Notes under the pieces: generated by a model | What the model saw: only the letters and a program-made list of their open reading frames with translations | Database searches by the model: none | What the model was told of the DNA's origin: nothing | Program-made: the position numbers and the translations under genes | Shown: piece by piece, positions 21,064 through 32,945 of the stretch | How the letters are laid out: every line of letters begins with the position of its first letter | Position numbering within the stretch: the first letter of the stretch is position 1 | Virus record (IMG/VR): IMGVR_UViG_3300046779_001541 | Span: 3,109-67,108 of that record | Direction: 5' to 3' (one strand) | DNA: 64,000 nucleotides | Source: a virus | Lineage: Duplodnaviria > Caudoviricetes

Positions 21064-21987
21064 CTACTTATCTTCGTCCTCTTTAAGCTCTTCCCATGCT
21101 TCCCATGGGATTGAGTATGAGAAGTACGGTGGGAAGAACGGTGGGAAGAACGGTGGGAAGAACGGTGGGAAGAAAGGAGGGAAGAATGGGAAGAACGGTG
21201 GGAAGAACGGTGGGAAGAACGGTGGGAAGAAAGGAGGGAAGAATGGGAAGAATGGAGGGAAGAAAGGAGGGAAGAATGGGAAGAATGGAGGGAAGAAAGG
21301 AGGGAAGAATGGGAAGAACGGTGGGAAGAACGGTGGGAAGAATGGAGGGAAGAAAGGAGGGAGAGTCGTTACTGGTGCGCTGGGTGTTCCAGCTGAAGTC
21401 CCGTTCTCGTTGACTAGATAGACTGTATAGCTTTGGCTAGTGTCTCCTACTTCAGATACACCCATTGGGTTATTGGCCAAGTTGATCTGCCCTGGTTGAG
21501 TGATCTGGTCTGTAGATATAGCGTACCTGCCAGTAATAGCCTTACCGCCAGTTTCGCCTTCTGCCCAAGATATAGTGTCAACATTAGCTGTTGTAGATGT
21601 GACCACTACGCTCAATGGGGCTTGAGGCACTGTTGTAGCTGTAACAATAGACGAAAGCGCTGAGTCTGAGTCACCTGAAGCATTTGATAATACAACAGAC
21701 GCTTTATACTCTTGATTCGAATTCAATCCAGTAACAGTTACACTGTACACGCCTCCGCTAGGAGTTGGAAGTGCTCCAGTAGATAAACTAGATAGCCCGA
21801 TTGAGTCAGTTATGGTGTAAGAAGTGGCCTCGGGTGATAGTTCATTTATCGTCCATGTGACAACTATTGCACCATCATTGTATGGGCGATTTGTACCAAC
21901 ATCTGTAGCCGTAACGTTTTCTGGTGCTAACGGTTCTAAGAAGTCATTTTGCTGGGACGAACGTCCACCAGCCTCTTTCTTTGCCAT
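21064..21987 (-). CDS. FN3-domain protein with a C-terminal (PPFF/PFF)n repeat and acidic tail
   Basis: Two FN3-like modules, then 16 PPFF + 4 PFF + 1 PPYF units (80 aa), then SYSIPWEAWEELKEDEDK. Confidence 0.85.
   Translation of the reverse strand: MAKKEAGGRSSQQNDFLEPLAPENVTATDVGTNRPYNDGAIVVTWTINELSPEATSYTITDSIGLSSLSTGALPTPSGGVYSVTVTGLNSNQEYKASVVLSNASGDSDSALSSIVTATTVPQAPLSVVVTSTTANVDTISWAEGETGGKAITGRYAISTDQITQPGQINLANNPMGVSEVGDTSQSYTVYLVNENGTSAGTPSAPVTTLPPFFPPFFPPFFPPFFPFFPPFFPPFFPFFPPFFPPFFPFFPPFFPPFFPPFFPPFFPFFPPFFPPFFPPFFPPFFPPYFSYSIPWEAWEELKEDEDK
21121..21362. repeat. 12/9-bp degenerate tandem repeat encoding PPFF/PFF
   Basis: Plus-strand units such as ggtgggaagaac, ggagggaagaaa and gggaagaat; the strand is almost all purine. 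Confidence 0.9.
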
Positions 21988-22006
21988 GAGTTACTCTCTC
22001 TTAACT

Positions 22007-24526
22007 TTATGCTGTCAAATCACCGTACATGTACCATAGGTCAGCGCTACGCTTAATTATAGTACAAGATGACCACTGGGTTCTGAGCTTGTTGCCAGGG
22101 GTGTAACGTAGGGTTACGCCTGAATCTGGAGCAATTGTCACCTGACCTGATCCAGTCTGAACAATATCCATAGACGCGCCTACTGGCCAAGCCAAAGAAG
22201 CGTTCGTTGGAATTGTGAAAGTAGTCGCGGAGGAGCTGTTCATCTCTATTACGTTATCCTTGTGAGCAAGGGTGTCTAGCGTGTAGTTTGCAGTCTTTTC
22301 GGTGAATGAAGTAAGAGATGCAACACCAGCAGAAGTCTGAGTTGTCCCATCGACAAATGTAACTGAGGCCGCGGTCATGTTAGTTGCAGTTAAATCTGCA
22401 ACGGCCACGTCTGCTAATGCAAAAGTGTTGTCTGAAGTGTCTATAAATACTGAACTGTCTGGTTCAGGGACGTAACCGTCAAAGAACTTGAACACACCAT
22501 CAGTCGCGTCACGGAACATACCAGCGTGAGCATAGGTGCCATTAGCATAACGACCAGCTGCCCAACCGAGGTCTGGGTTAGTGTGAACCTTACCGCGAGC
22601 AGTTCCACCGCTAACGTAAGTGTCTGTTACAGTGCTAGCTACAGTAAAGGTGTTTTCAGTAACTGCAAGAATCTCTAAACCAGTTGAGTTTACGTCGAAC
22701 GAGCTAGGAGTTACACCTGAAACAGTAACATAATCTCCAGCATCATAGCCATGGGCTTCTGTAGTTGTGTAGATTACGTTAGTCCCATCACCAACTGCGC
22801 CAGACAGGGTCGAGAGTCCAGCGTTATTCAAGTAGATCATGTTGTCTTTGACCTTCAGGTCAGACGCAGATACTGTGGTTGTAGTTCCTTGAACAATTAA
22901 GTTACCAGTGACAACTAGATCAGCTGTCTCTACCTCGCCAGTAAAGACTGGGCTAGATAGGTCAGCTTTTAGGTCTAGTGCTGTCTGTACAGCATTGGAT
23001 ACTGGCTTATCTAGATCAGTGGTGTTGTCGACATCCCCTAAACCAACCATTGCAGCTGTAATACCAGAAACTGTTCCAGTGAAAGTCGGGTTAGCGATAG
23101 GTGCCTTGCCGTCTAACTGGTTTTGTACGTTAGATGTCACAGTGCTTATGTAGCCAAGTTCAGTGGCAGATACGTCACCAATAGTAGTATCTGATGGTAA
23201 TGCAACTGTCCCCGTGAAAGTAGGGCTGGCAATAGGTGCATATGTAGTTGAAGCAACAGAGCTTGCAAGCTTACCGTCAATTTGAGCTTGAATATCAGAT
23301 GTGACGTTAGCTAGTGTGGCCAAGTCTGCAGCAGATACATCTCCAATAGAGGTTGTTGCAGGTAGAACTACAGTTCCCGAGAATGTTGGGTCAGAGAGAG
23401 GTGCGTACCCCATCTCTAGATCTGTCACATAAACTAAATTAGCTGTGTTAGAGATGCCGTGGACATCTAAAGTTGTATCAGCATGTGCAGTTAGATCGCT
23501 CTGGGTGACTAGCTCTGCTGTATCTGCAATACCGTGCACATTCTGAGTGTTCTCATTGTGGGATTCGATAGCTGTAGATACTTGTGATGTTAGCTGAGTT
23601 GTAGTCACTAGCTCTGCTGTATTAGCTATACCGTGAACGCTAAGAGTGTCTGCCGCGTGATCTGAAAGATCTGTCTGATAGACGAGGTTGGCTGTGTTGG
23701 AGATACCGTGAACGCTAAGGGTGTCTCCTGTGTGATCCGAGAGATCACTCTGGTAAACAAGATTAGCCGTGTTCGAGATCCCGTGAACATCGGTATCTTC
23801 GGCAGCGTGTTCAGTGACTAACTGATAGGTGTAGTCTCTACCGATAAAAGCAAGATCATTGTAGTTAGTTATTCCGTCACCAATTTTTGCAAATGTCCTG
23901 TTAGTGTCGCTCTCCACGTAGATGGTGTTTGCGGTAGTTACGGCATTTGCTTGTGAGAGATTCGTAGATGTGTCAATTATAAAACTTAGCTTGCCCGCTA
24001 AAGCTGTTGTAATAGTGGTTGCATAGTTAGGGTCATCACCAAGTGCGGCAGCTAATTCATTTAAAGTGTCAAGCGTACCAGGAGCTGAGGCAACTAAATC
24101 TGCAATAGCGTTGTCGACATATGCAACTGCGTTTGCCTGAGCGTTATTAGCCTTTGTCTGAGCACCTGACGTTGTTTCTAATACAGAGGTGTCAGCAATG
24201 CCGTGAACATTTGTGGTCAGGTCAGAGTGCGTGTCAAGTGCTGTAGAAATGGTGTTAACAAAATCTGGATCATCACCAATAGAGGCCGCTAGTTCAACTA
24301 GAGTATCTAGGTCAGAAGGGGCTAGCCCGACTACACCCTCTACAGCAGCTTCGATATCGGCCTGAGTGACGCCAGCGTACGATAATGTAGTCCAGTCCGT
24401 AGTGCCGTCACCAAGCTTAAACTTAGTGGTGTCGGTCTCGTAACCTAGCTCACCAGCGGCTAGCGTTGGATTAGCTGAGGTCCATTCAGCGGCGGTACCG
24501 CGTCTAAATTGAATTCTGACTGCCAT
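22007..24526 (-). CDS. Tail/virion fibre with Mtd-N-like N-terminus and His-containing repeats
   Basis: RRGTAAEWTSANPTLAAGELGYETDT.KFK.GDG, six H-x6-VHGI-x-(N/D)T repeats, LDTL.ELAA motifs, and a C-terminal domain ending WYMYGDL. Confidence 0.8.
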   Translation of the reverse strand: MAVRIQFRRGTAAEWTSANPTLAAGELGYETDTTKFKLGDGTTDWTTLSYAGVTQADIEAAVEGVVGLAPSDLDTLVELAASIGDDPDFVNTISTALDTHSDLTTNVHGIADTSVLETTSGAQTKANNAQANAVAYVDNAIADLVASAPGTLDTLNELAAALGDDPNYATTITTALAGKLSFIIDTSTNLSQANAVTTANTIYVESDTNRTFAKIGDGITNYNDLAFIGRDYTYQLVTEHAAEDTDVHGISNTANLVYQSDLSDHTGDTLSVHGISNTANLVYQTDLSDHAADTLSVHGIANTAELVTTTQLTSQVSTAIESHNENTQNVHGIADTAELVTQSDLTAHADTTLDVHGISNTANLVYVTDLEMGYAPLSDPTFSGTVVLPATTSIGDVSAADLATLANVTSDIQAQIDGKLASSVASTTYAPIASPTFTGTVALPSDTTIGDVSATELGYISTVTSNVQNQLDGKAPIANPTFTGTVSGITAAMVGLGDVDNTTDLDKPVSNAVQTALDLKADLSSPVFTGEVETADLVVTGNLIVQGTTTTVSASDLKVKDNMIYLNNAGLSTLSGAVGDGTNVIYTTTEAHGYDAGDYVTVSGVTPSSFDVNSTGLEILAVTENTFTVASTVTDTYVSGGTARGKVHTNPDLGWAAGRYANGTYAHAGMFRDATDGVFKFFDGYVPEPDSSVFIDTSDNTFALADVAVADLTATNMTAASVTFVDGTTQTSAGVASLTSFTEKTANYTLDTLAHKDNVIEMNSSSATTFTIPTNASLAWPVGASMDIVQTGSGQVTIAPDSGVTLRYTPGNKLRTQWSSCTIIKRSADLWYMYGDLTA

Positions 24527-24546
24527 TTGTCCTAGTCCTTATTACC

Positions 24547-24777
24547 TTAGAAAGAAGACGGTCCGCCACCGTCGTAGTTGATGTTGTAAGAGCTTGAGGC
24601 GTTTCCGCCATCCACGTTTGTGACGTCGCTAGCTGTCATAGATATCCAGCTAGTTCCGTCATAGGTATACATGGAACCTAAGTCAGACCTGAAAAAGAGG
24701 TCACCTTGATCAGCGTCAGCTGGAAATGAAGGGCCTTGCACAATGTTAATTGGCGTTAGGAACTTCTTGCTTGCCAT
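24547..24777 (-). CDS. Small fibre-associated protein
   Basis: P....GDLFFRSDLGSMYTYDGTSW fibre motif. Confidence 0.6.
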   Translation of the reverse strand: MASKKFLTPINIVQGPSFPADADQGDLFFRSDLGSMYTYDGTSWISMTASDVTNVDGGNASSSYNINYDGGGPSSF

Positions 24778-24815
24778 CTAAGTGACCTCTTTCTTCAGTC
24801 TTATTTATTTTACTA

Positions 24816-27185
24816 TTAGCCAGTTACCACTACACGGTAGCTGTCTGCAGATACAGTTGCTGCTGCATTCCAGCTAACGGTTACAGTGTTGGCATTGGTG
24901 ATTACGATGTCTGCTTCTACAACAGCGTTAGATGAAGCATCACGCATTTGTACAGTCACATCTGATGTGTCTAATGAGTGAGACACTGTCCAAGTAACAA
25001 TTCCAGCTGAAGGGGTTAGGCTTCCATTGTTCTCAGCGTACTTGGTGGTAGCCCCTAGGTTGGCGCGTGCACCTGCAGCAGTAGTTGCTCCAGTACCGCC
25101 GTTCTCAATGGCTACGGTTCCAGTTACGTTTGCAGCGTTACCAGAGATGTCTCCATCAATATCTGAACCAGGGATTGTCTCAGTTGCAACTAGTGCATCT
25201 GTGCCAGAACCATAAACATAACCAGTTAAAGTTGTTGCACCAGTACCACCGTGAGCAACATCAATCGTGCTGCCTTCCCATGTACCTTCAGTGATAGTTC
25301 CAACAGTGTCAATGGTGTTCTGACCAGCGTAGGTGCTAGAGATGCTTACGCCGCTACCGTCTACGGTGATTCCAGAGCCTGCAGTTACAGATAGCTCTGC
25401 ACCAGTCTTTGTGATACCGTTGCCAGCAACAATCTGGCCAGTTCCAGAGAACTGAGTCCAAGTGATTCCAGTGGTTCCAACCGTAATTGCACCGTCGGTC
25501 GAAATCACCCAGCCAGAGTCAGCGTTTAGAGTACCTTCTTCAACAAAAGTGAATGAACCAGCGGTTAGTTCACCATTTTCAGCATCATCTGCGCGAACCC
25601 AGGCGTCAGCCTTAACTACATAGATGCCGTTCTCTGAAGCAGTAGATTGGCTCTTAACTAAGACTCGGTCATCTGCTGACAAAGCGACACCATCGATTGT
25701 CTGAGTCCCAGACAAGGTGATGTTTGCAGTGGTAGCTGCGCGAACCGAGTTCTTGATGTCAAGACCCTGAGAAGCAGCTGCAATCTCTGAGCGCAGGGTT
25801 GTTAGAACAGTGTTGTCAGCGTCCTGGAAGTCCTGAGTAAGGCTGCTCTCGAGTGCAGAGTCTGCAGATTGGTAAGCAGTGGTCAGGTTGGTGCTTAGTG
25901 TGGTATCCGCGGTTTCGTATGCGGTTGTTAGTTCAGTAGATAGATCAGTGATTTCGCTATCTACGTAAGAAGTTACGTTAGAGATTTCGCCATCTACGTA
26001 AGTACGTGTAGCCATAACTGAAGTGTTTGCAGTGAACACGCCAGTCGATGAACTGTACTCTAAAGTCGAGTCACCAATGCTTACTGCACCACGAGCGCGA
26101 GCCTGGGTGAAGTATAGGTTGGTACCTTCTGTGACATCATCAGTTGTGTAGGCAAGATCAATGGCTCCGATTGCGTTGTCTACATAGCTAACTGCGTTGT
26201 CATAGGCATTCCCAGCAGCTGTGTCTGCATAAGAAGTTGCGTTATTGTAAGCAGTGTCAGCCGCACCTGCTGCGTCGTAATTAACTGCAAGACCGTCTGC
26301 ATAAGAAACTGCGTTGGTATATGCAGTTGCAGCGGATCCAGCAGGGTCATAGTTAGCTGCCAGGCCGTCCACGTAGGTTACAGCATTGTCGTATGCAGCA
26401 TCTGCAACAGTATCAGCATAGCCTTCAGCTGCTGTCTGTGCTGTAGCAGCAGCACCGAAAGCATCGTAAGTGTCAGCAGTAACCGAAATCGTGTCAGTTA
26501 GGCCGTCAATTGTGATGCCAGTACCAGCGGTTAGAGTGTCTTGCTTACCAGCAGCAATGTCGGTAAGGTCACTGATAACGTTCGGGTTGTCCTGAAGGGC
26601 AGCGGCCAACTCGTTAAGGGTGTCTAGAGTAGCTGGAGCAGAATCTACAAGAGCAGCTACTGCGTTGTCTGTGTAGCTCTCAGCTGCAGCAATAGCCTCG
26701 GACTTAGCATTTGCAATGTCAGAGGTTAGTCCAGTTGCTACGGTGTTAGTGTAAGTTGCAGCGTTAGCCTGGGCTGAGTCAGCAGAACCAACTGCATCAT
26801 AGTTTACAGCTAGTCCATCTGCATAAGAAACAGCATTGGTATATGCAGTGTCAGCTGCACCTGCTGCGTCGTAGTTAGATGCTAGCCCGTCTGCGTATGT
26901 GACAGCGTTGCTGTATGCAGTGTCAGCTGCACCAAGCGCATCATATGTGCCATCTAGGTCTAACGCAGTAATAGCGGCGTTAATCGCCTCTGTAACGTTC
27001 CCGCCAGCCGCTAGGGATACCCAGCCGTTAGTGACGCCTGTATAGACATTTAGTTGACCATCGGTAGTGTTGAAGTAGAACTGACCAACAGCAGGCGATG
27101 AGGGAGCAGTAGCGAGGTTTTGGATTCTCGCATTCTGAAGCTCATTCTTGTTGAGGTTCAGGTTCGTTAAGAACTGTTTTGCCAT
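24816..27185 (-). CDS. Tail/virion fibre protein
   Basis: YDAAGAADTAY..AV.YAD repeats, an SVRAATTANITLSGTQTIDGV...DRVLVK.Q....NGIYV domain, and GGTGATT repeats. Confidence 0.8.
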   Translation of the reverse strand: MAKQFLTNLNLNKNELQNARIQNLATAPSSPAVGQFYFNTTDGQLNVYTGVTNGWVSLAAGGNVTEAINAAITALDLDGTYDALGAADTAYSNAVTYADGLASNYDAAGAADTAYTNAVSYADGLAVNYDAVGSADSAQANAATYTNTVATGLTSDIANAKSEAIAAAESYTDNAVAALVDSAPATLDTLNELAAALQDNPNVISDLTDIAAGKQDTLTAGTGITIDGLTDTISVTADTYDAFGAAATAQTAAEGYADTVADAAYDNAVTYVDGLAANYDPAGSAATAYTNAVSYADGLAVNYDAAGAADTAYNNATSYADTAAGNAYDNAVSYVDNAIGAIDLAYTTDDVTEGTNLYFTQARARGAVSIGDSTLEYSSSTGVFTANTSVMATRTYVDGEISNVTSYVDSEITDLSTELTTAYETADTTLSTNLTTAYQSADSALESSLTQDFQDADNTVLTTLRSEIAAASQGLDIKNSVRAATTANITLSGTQTIDGVALSADDRVLVKSQSTASENGIYVVKADAWVRADDAENGELTAGSFTFVEEGTLNADSGWVISTDGAITVGTTGITWTQFSGTGQIVAGNGITKTGAELSVTAGSGITVDGSGVSISSTYAGQNTIDTVGTITEGTWEGSTIDVAHGGTGATTLTGYVYGSGTDALVATETIPGSDIDGDISGNAANVTGTVAIENGGTGATTAAGARANLGATTKYAENNGSLTPSAGIVTWTVSHSLDTSDVTVQMRDASSNAVVEADIVITNANTVTVSWNAAATVSADSYRVVVTG

Positions 27186-27196
27186 TTGTTATTTCC

Positions 27197-27571
27197 TTAG
27201 GAGAGGTACGCGGTACCCGAAATGGCTACCGAGAAGGTGATAGTTAGTGTGTTTACGTCTTGGTGCTCGATTGCTCCCTCTACAACGTCCCCCGATGTCA
27301 TAAAGACACTGACTGACGGGTAGAAGCCTAAGTTGTGCTCTATAGTCCACGTAGAGCTGTCATCCCCCTGAGTGTGGGTGTAGGAGATGAGTGGTACTAG
27401 TTCTTCAGTATCTATGCCTGTGTAAGGCAAATCTAACCAAGTAGCTGTACCAGTGCCTATTTTCATCTTGTTAGTGTCAATCTCAACACCAACTTCACCG
27501 CGAGCTAATGTAGGGTTAGCCGAAGTCCAGTTAGCGGCAGTGTCGTTTCTAAGTTGTATCTGTACAGCCAT
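27197..27571 (-). CDS. Short fibre protein: Mtd-N-like domain plus HNLG beta domain
   Basis: QLRNDTAANWTSANPTLARGEVGVE.D...KIG.G; YTHTQ...TWTIEHNLGFYPSV. Confidence 0.7.
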   Translation of the reverse strand: MAVQIQLRNDTAANWTSANPTLARGEVGVEIDTNKMKIGTGTATWLDLPYTGIDTEELVPLISYTHTQGDDSSTWTIEHNLGFYPSVSVFMTSGDVVEGAIEHQDVNTLTITFSVAISGTAYLS

Positions 27572-27581
27572 TAGTTAACCC

Positions 27582-28388
27582 TTAAAAAGTAGATGCGGAC
27601 CCGCCTTCAATTGTACCAGAGAGGGCCCCAGTCGATTGAGGGAGAGATTCAGGGGAAGCGGGTACCCATGTATTAGTAGACTGCTCGTACACTAATACCT
27701 GACCATCTGTTAAAGTCGATAAGTCAATATCAGTTAATTCGCTTAAAGCTACTTCTTGAACCGAGGCTGGGTCTACCCATTCGGTTTCGTAGTTGCCACC
27801 AGAAGACTTTTTCAAGATTTGACCAGCAGTACCTCCCGCTGGTATCCCTACACCTTGCGGCCCCTGTGGTCCAGTCGGGCCTGCTTGTCCTCTATCTCCG
27901 ATAGGTGCAACAAGAACATCTACTTGCTCGTTATAGGTCCAACTAAGTATCGAGCCGCCTATGTACTCGATCTGCAGGTCCCACCAGCCTGAGTTGTCCG
28001 TGCCGCCAGTCACATAAAATCTGGCTGTTTTACGGGGGTCGCTAACCTTTTGCAGGGTTATAACGGCTGTATACCCGTTGTCAGACTGAGTAGCTGCAGT
28101 TAGAAGTGCAGATTGGCTGTCGGTTAGGGTGTCAGTTGCAGAAATGTATAGTGATGTTGCAGACATAAAAGTCGCATTGTTAAACGCAAAATACCCGCCG
28201 CCAGGGTTTGCTGAGCTGTATGAGTTTAAGAATTTAAATCTTGCCGACAGTCCGCCCACATAGCCGCGCTCGCCAGTAGCGCCTGTAGCGCCAATAGGCC
28301 CTTGAGCACCTTGAGGGCCAGACGCCGCTACTGTTACTTGACGTGCGTATTTGCCAGACGTAACTGAACTAACTGTATAACCAGCCAT
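27582..28388 (-). CDS. Fibre protein with short collagen segments
   Basis: [19 protein letters not shown]; PAGGTAGQILKK...YETEW shared with 9673..11688. Confidence 0.75.
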   Translation of the reverse strand: MAGYTVSSVTSGKYARQVTVAASGPQGAQGPIGATGATGERGYVGGLSARFKFLNSYSSANPGGGYFAFNNATFMSATSLYISATDTLTDSQSALLTAATQSDNGYTAVITLQKVSDPRKTARFYVTGGTDNSGWWDLQIEYIGGSILSWTYNEQVDVLVAPIGDRGQAGPTGPQGPQGVGIPAGGTAGQILKKSSGGNYETEWVDPASVQEVALSELTDIDLSTLTDGQVLVYEQSTNTWVPASPESLPQSTGALSGTIEGGSASTF

Positions 28389-28750
28389 TATCTGGTTACC
28401 TCCGATCTAACTGCGAAGTTTCCTTGAAGAATTTTGTAGACAAATAAGTCTGAAGAAGGAGCCACCAGCTCCAAGTCATAGACATATATGCCTTCTGGGA
28501 TAGTGACCATGACATCGTCTGAGACATATAGAGCTATGCTTCCATCTGTAGAGCCAAGCTCGATTCCGCCATTTTCTGTAGTCAGCTCTAGAAGAACTGA
28601 CTCGCTCTCGTAAGTCGGTCGAACTTGCATTCTGGCGGTATAACCGTTGAAAAGTATTGGCTTTTTTGCTGGATCTTTGTAGTATACGATGCGCGAAAGC
28701 GTCGAGCCTTGATCAGCTACGATGTTATATAAACCTGCAGGGGCGCTCAA
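28388..28750 (-). CDS. Ig-like fibre adaptor (BppU/LtfC-like), paralog of 11688..12062
   Basis: DQGSTL...YTARMQVR...TTENG...YVYDLE...ILQGNF.VRSEVTR; TTG start. Confidence 0.65.
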   Translation of the reverse strand: MSAPAGLYNIVADQGSTLSRIVYYKDPAKKPILFNGYTARMQVRPTYESESVLLELTTENGGIELGSTDGSIALYVSDDVMVTIPEGIYVYDLELVAPSSDLFVYKILQGNFAVRSEVTR

Positions 28751-28835
28751 CTGGACTCGATTCGATGGAGAGAAAATACAGTCGCTCTAATTGTACCGCA
28801 TAGCGGAGGTGCCTAGATACTGCTAAGCTTAGCCA

Positions 28836-29066
28836 GTGATCGCACTAGCCGAACCAAACTTAGATGTAGACACTAGGACTACCCATGATGGGCCTAGGTA
28901 CGCTCATTACGCTGAATCTGTATCGGTAACTGAAGGTTATGTGCTTGGAACGCCAGTAATGGCTATTTGCGGAAAATTATTTGTCCCGTCAAGAGATCCA
29001 AAAAAATTCCCAGTTTGTCCGATTTGCAAAGAAATTGCAGACGCACTATTCTTGGGTGAAGAATAA
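28836..29066 (+). CDS. DUF3039-domain protein (actinobacterial, Cys-containing)
   Basis: HY......G..V.A.CGK.FVPSRDPKKFPVCP.CKEI. Confidence 0.8.
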   Translation: MIALAEPNLDVDTRTTHDGPRYAHYAESVSVTEGYVLGTPVMAICGKLFVPSRDPKKFPVCPICKEIADALFLGEE

Positions 29067-29073
29067 AAATCAA

Positions 29074-29095
29074 CTACTAGATTTTGTTTTATACT
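29074..29095 (+). promoter_or_regulatory. Candidate NrdR box abutting the -10 (TATACT) of the nrdHIEF promoter
   Basis: CTACTAGATTTTGTTT (29074-29089) matches the core CwAnATnTwG of the NrdR box; TATACT at 29090-29095. Confidence 0.4.
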
Positions 29096-29110
29096 GGTTA
29101 TCCAACCCGC

Positions 29111-29154
29111 TCCTGACGTTGGCTTTCTAGCCAAATAACGTCAGGATTTCTTGT
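29111..29154 (+). promoter_or_regulatory. Leader hairpin followed by a T-rich run upstream of nrdH
   Basis: TCCTGACGTT/AACGTCAGGA perfect 10-bp stem, inner GGC/GCC, then TTTCTTGT. Confidence 0.55.
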
Positions 29155-29179
29155 CTCAACTACGAAAGGTACCAATAGA

Positions 29180-29401
29180 ATGGTCACTGTGTACACCCTT
29201 CCGTCATGCGTTCAGTGCGAAAGCACTAAAAAGTACTTGACAAGTAAGGATGTTCCTTTCGAGACAATCGACTTAAGCCAGGACGATGCTGCTATGGAGC
29301 GCGTTCGAGGTCTCGGATATCAGGCCGCTCCTGTAGTCATTGCGGGAGACGAGCACTGGTCTGGATTCAGACCAGATAAGCTAAACTCCCTAATCGGATA
29401 A
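29180..29401 (+). CDS. nrdH: Glutaredoxin-like redoxin NrdH
   Basis: CVQC, APVV and WSGFRPD motifs. Confidence 0.95.
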   Translation: MVTVYTLPSCVQCESTKKYLTSKDVPFETIDLSQDDAAMERVRGLGYQAAPVVIAGDEHWSGFRPDKLNSLIG

Positions 29402-29799
29402 GCGGCAATCGTGTATGACATCGTTTATTTTTCAAACGTGTCAGAGAACACAAAAAGATTTGTCGACAAGCTAGGGCTACCTAGCATAAGGATCCCAATC
29501 CGATGGGACGACAACTCGCCTCTGATTGTAAAAAATGAGTTTGTTTTAGTTATCCCGTCCTACGGAGGGGGAGCTGAAGGTAGGACTGTACCTAAATCAG
29601 TTGTAAAGTTTTTGAATATAGAAGATAATCGAAAACTCATAAAAGCAGTTATTGGCACTGGAAATACAAATTTTGGTGCCCACTACTGCAAAGCTGCGGA
29701 AATCGTTGCAACAAAGACTGGAGTGCCATTGTTGTATCGAGTAGAGATAACTGGCACCACCGATGATATAGACCAAGTAAAAGAGAGGCTAGAGCTGCT

Positions 29800-32890
<3,091 letters not shown>

Positions 32891-32904
32891 TCCTTATAAG
32901 ATTG

Positions 32905-32931
32905 GCCCCGCTTCGGCGGGGCTTTTCTTTT
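32905..32931 (+). terminator. Intrinsic terminator of the nrd operon
   Basis: GCCCCGC-TTCG-GCGGGGC followed by TTTTCTTTT. Confidence 0.9.
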
Positions 32932-32945
32932 ATACAATAGTACCT

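Noticed and set aside
21121-21362. Repeat array considered as CRISPR
   Set aside because: There are no unique spacers, units are 9-12 bp and in frame in a CDS, and no cas genes are present.
21096-21413. Plus-strand ORF with GRTV/GRKE repeats
   Set aside because: It is the antisense shadow of the PPFF tract. The minus frame continues an FN3 protein with an SD and a downstream terminator.
22007-27571. Diversity-generating retroelement suggested by Mtd-N-like domains
   Set aside because: No reverse transcriptase, Avd or TR/VR pair differing at adenines was seen in the window.
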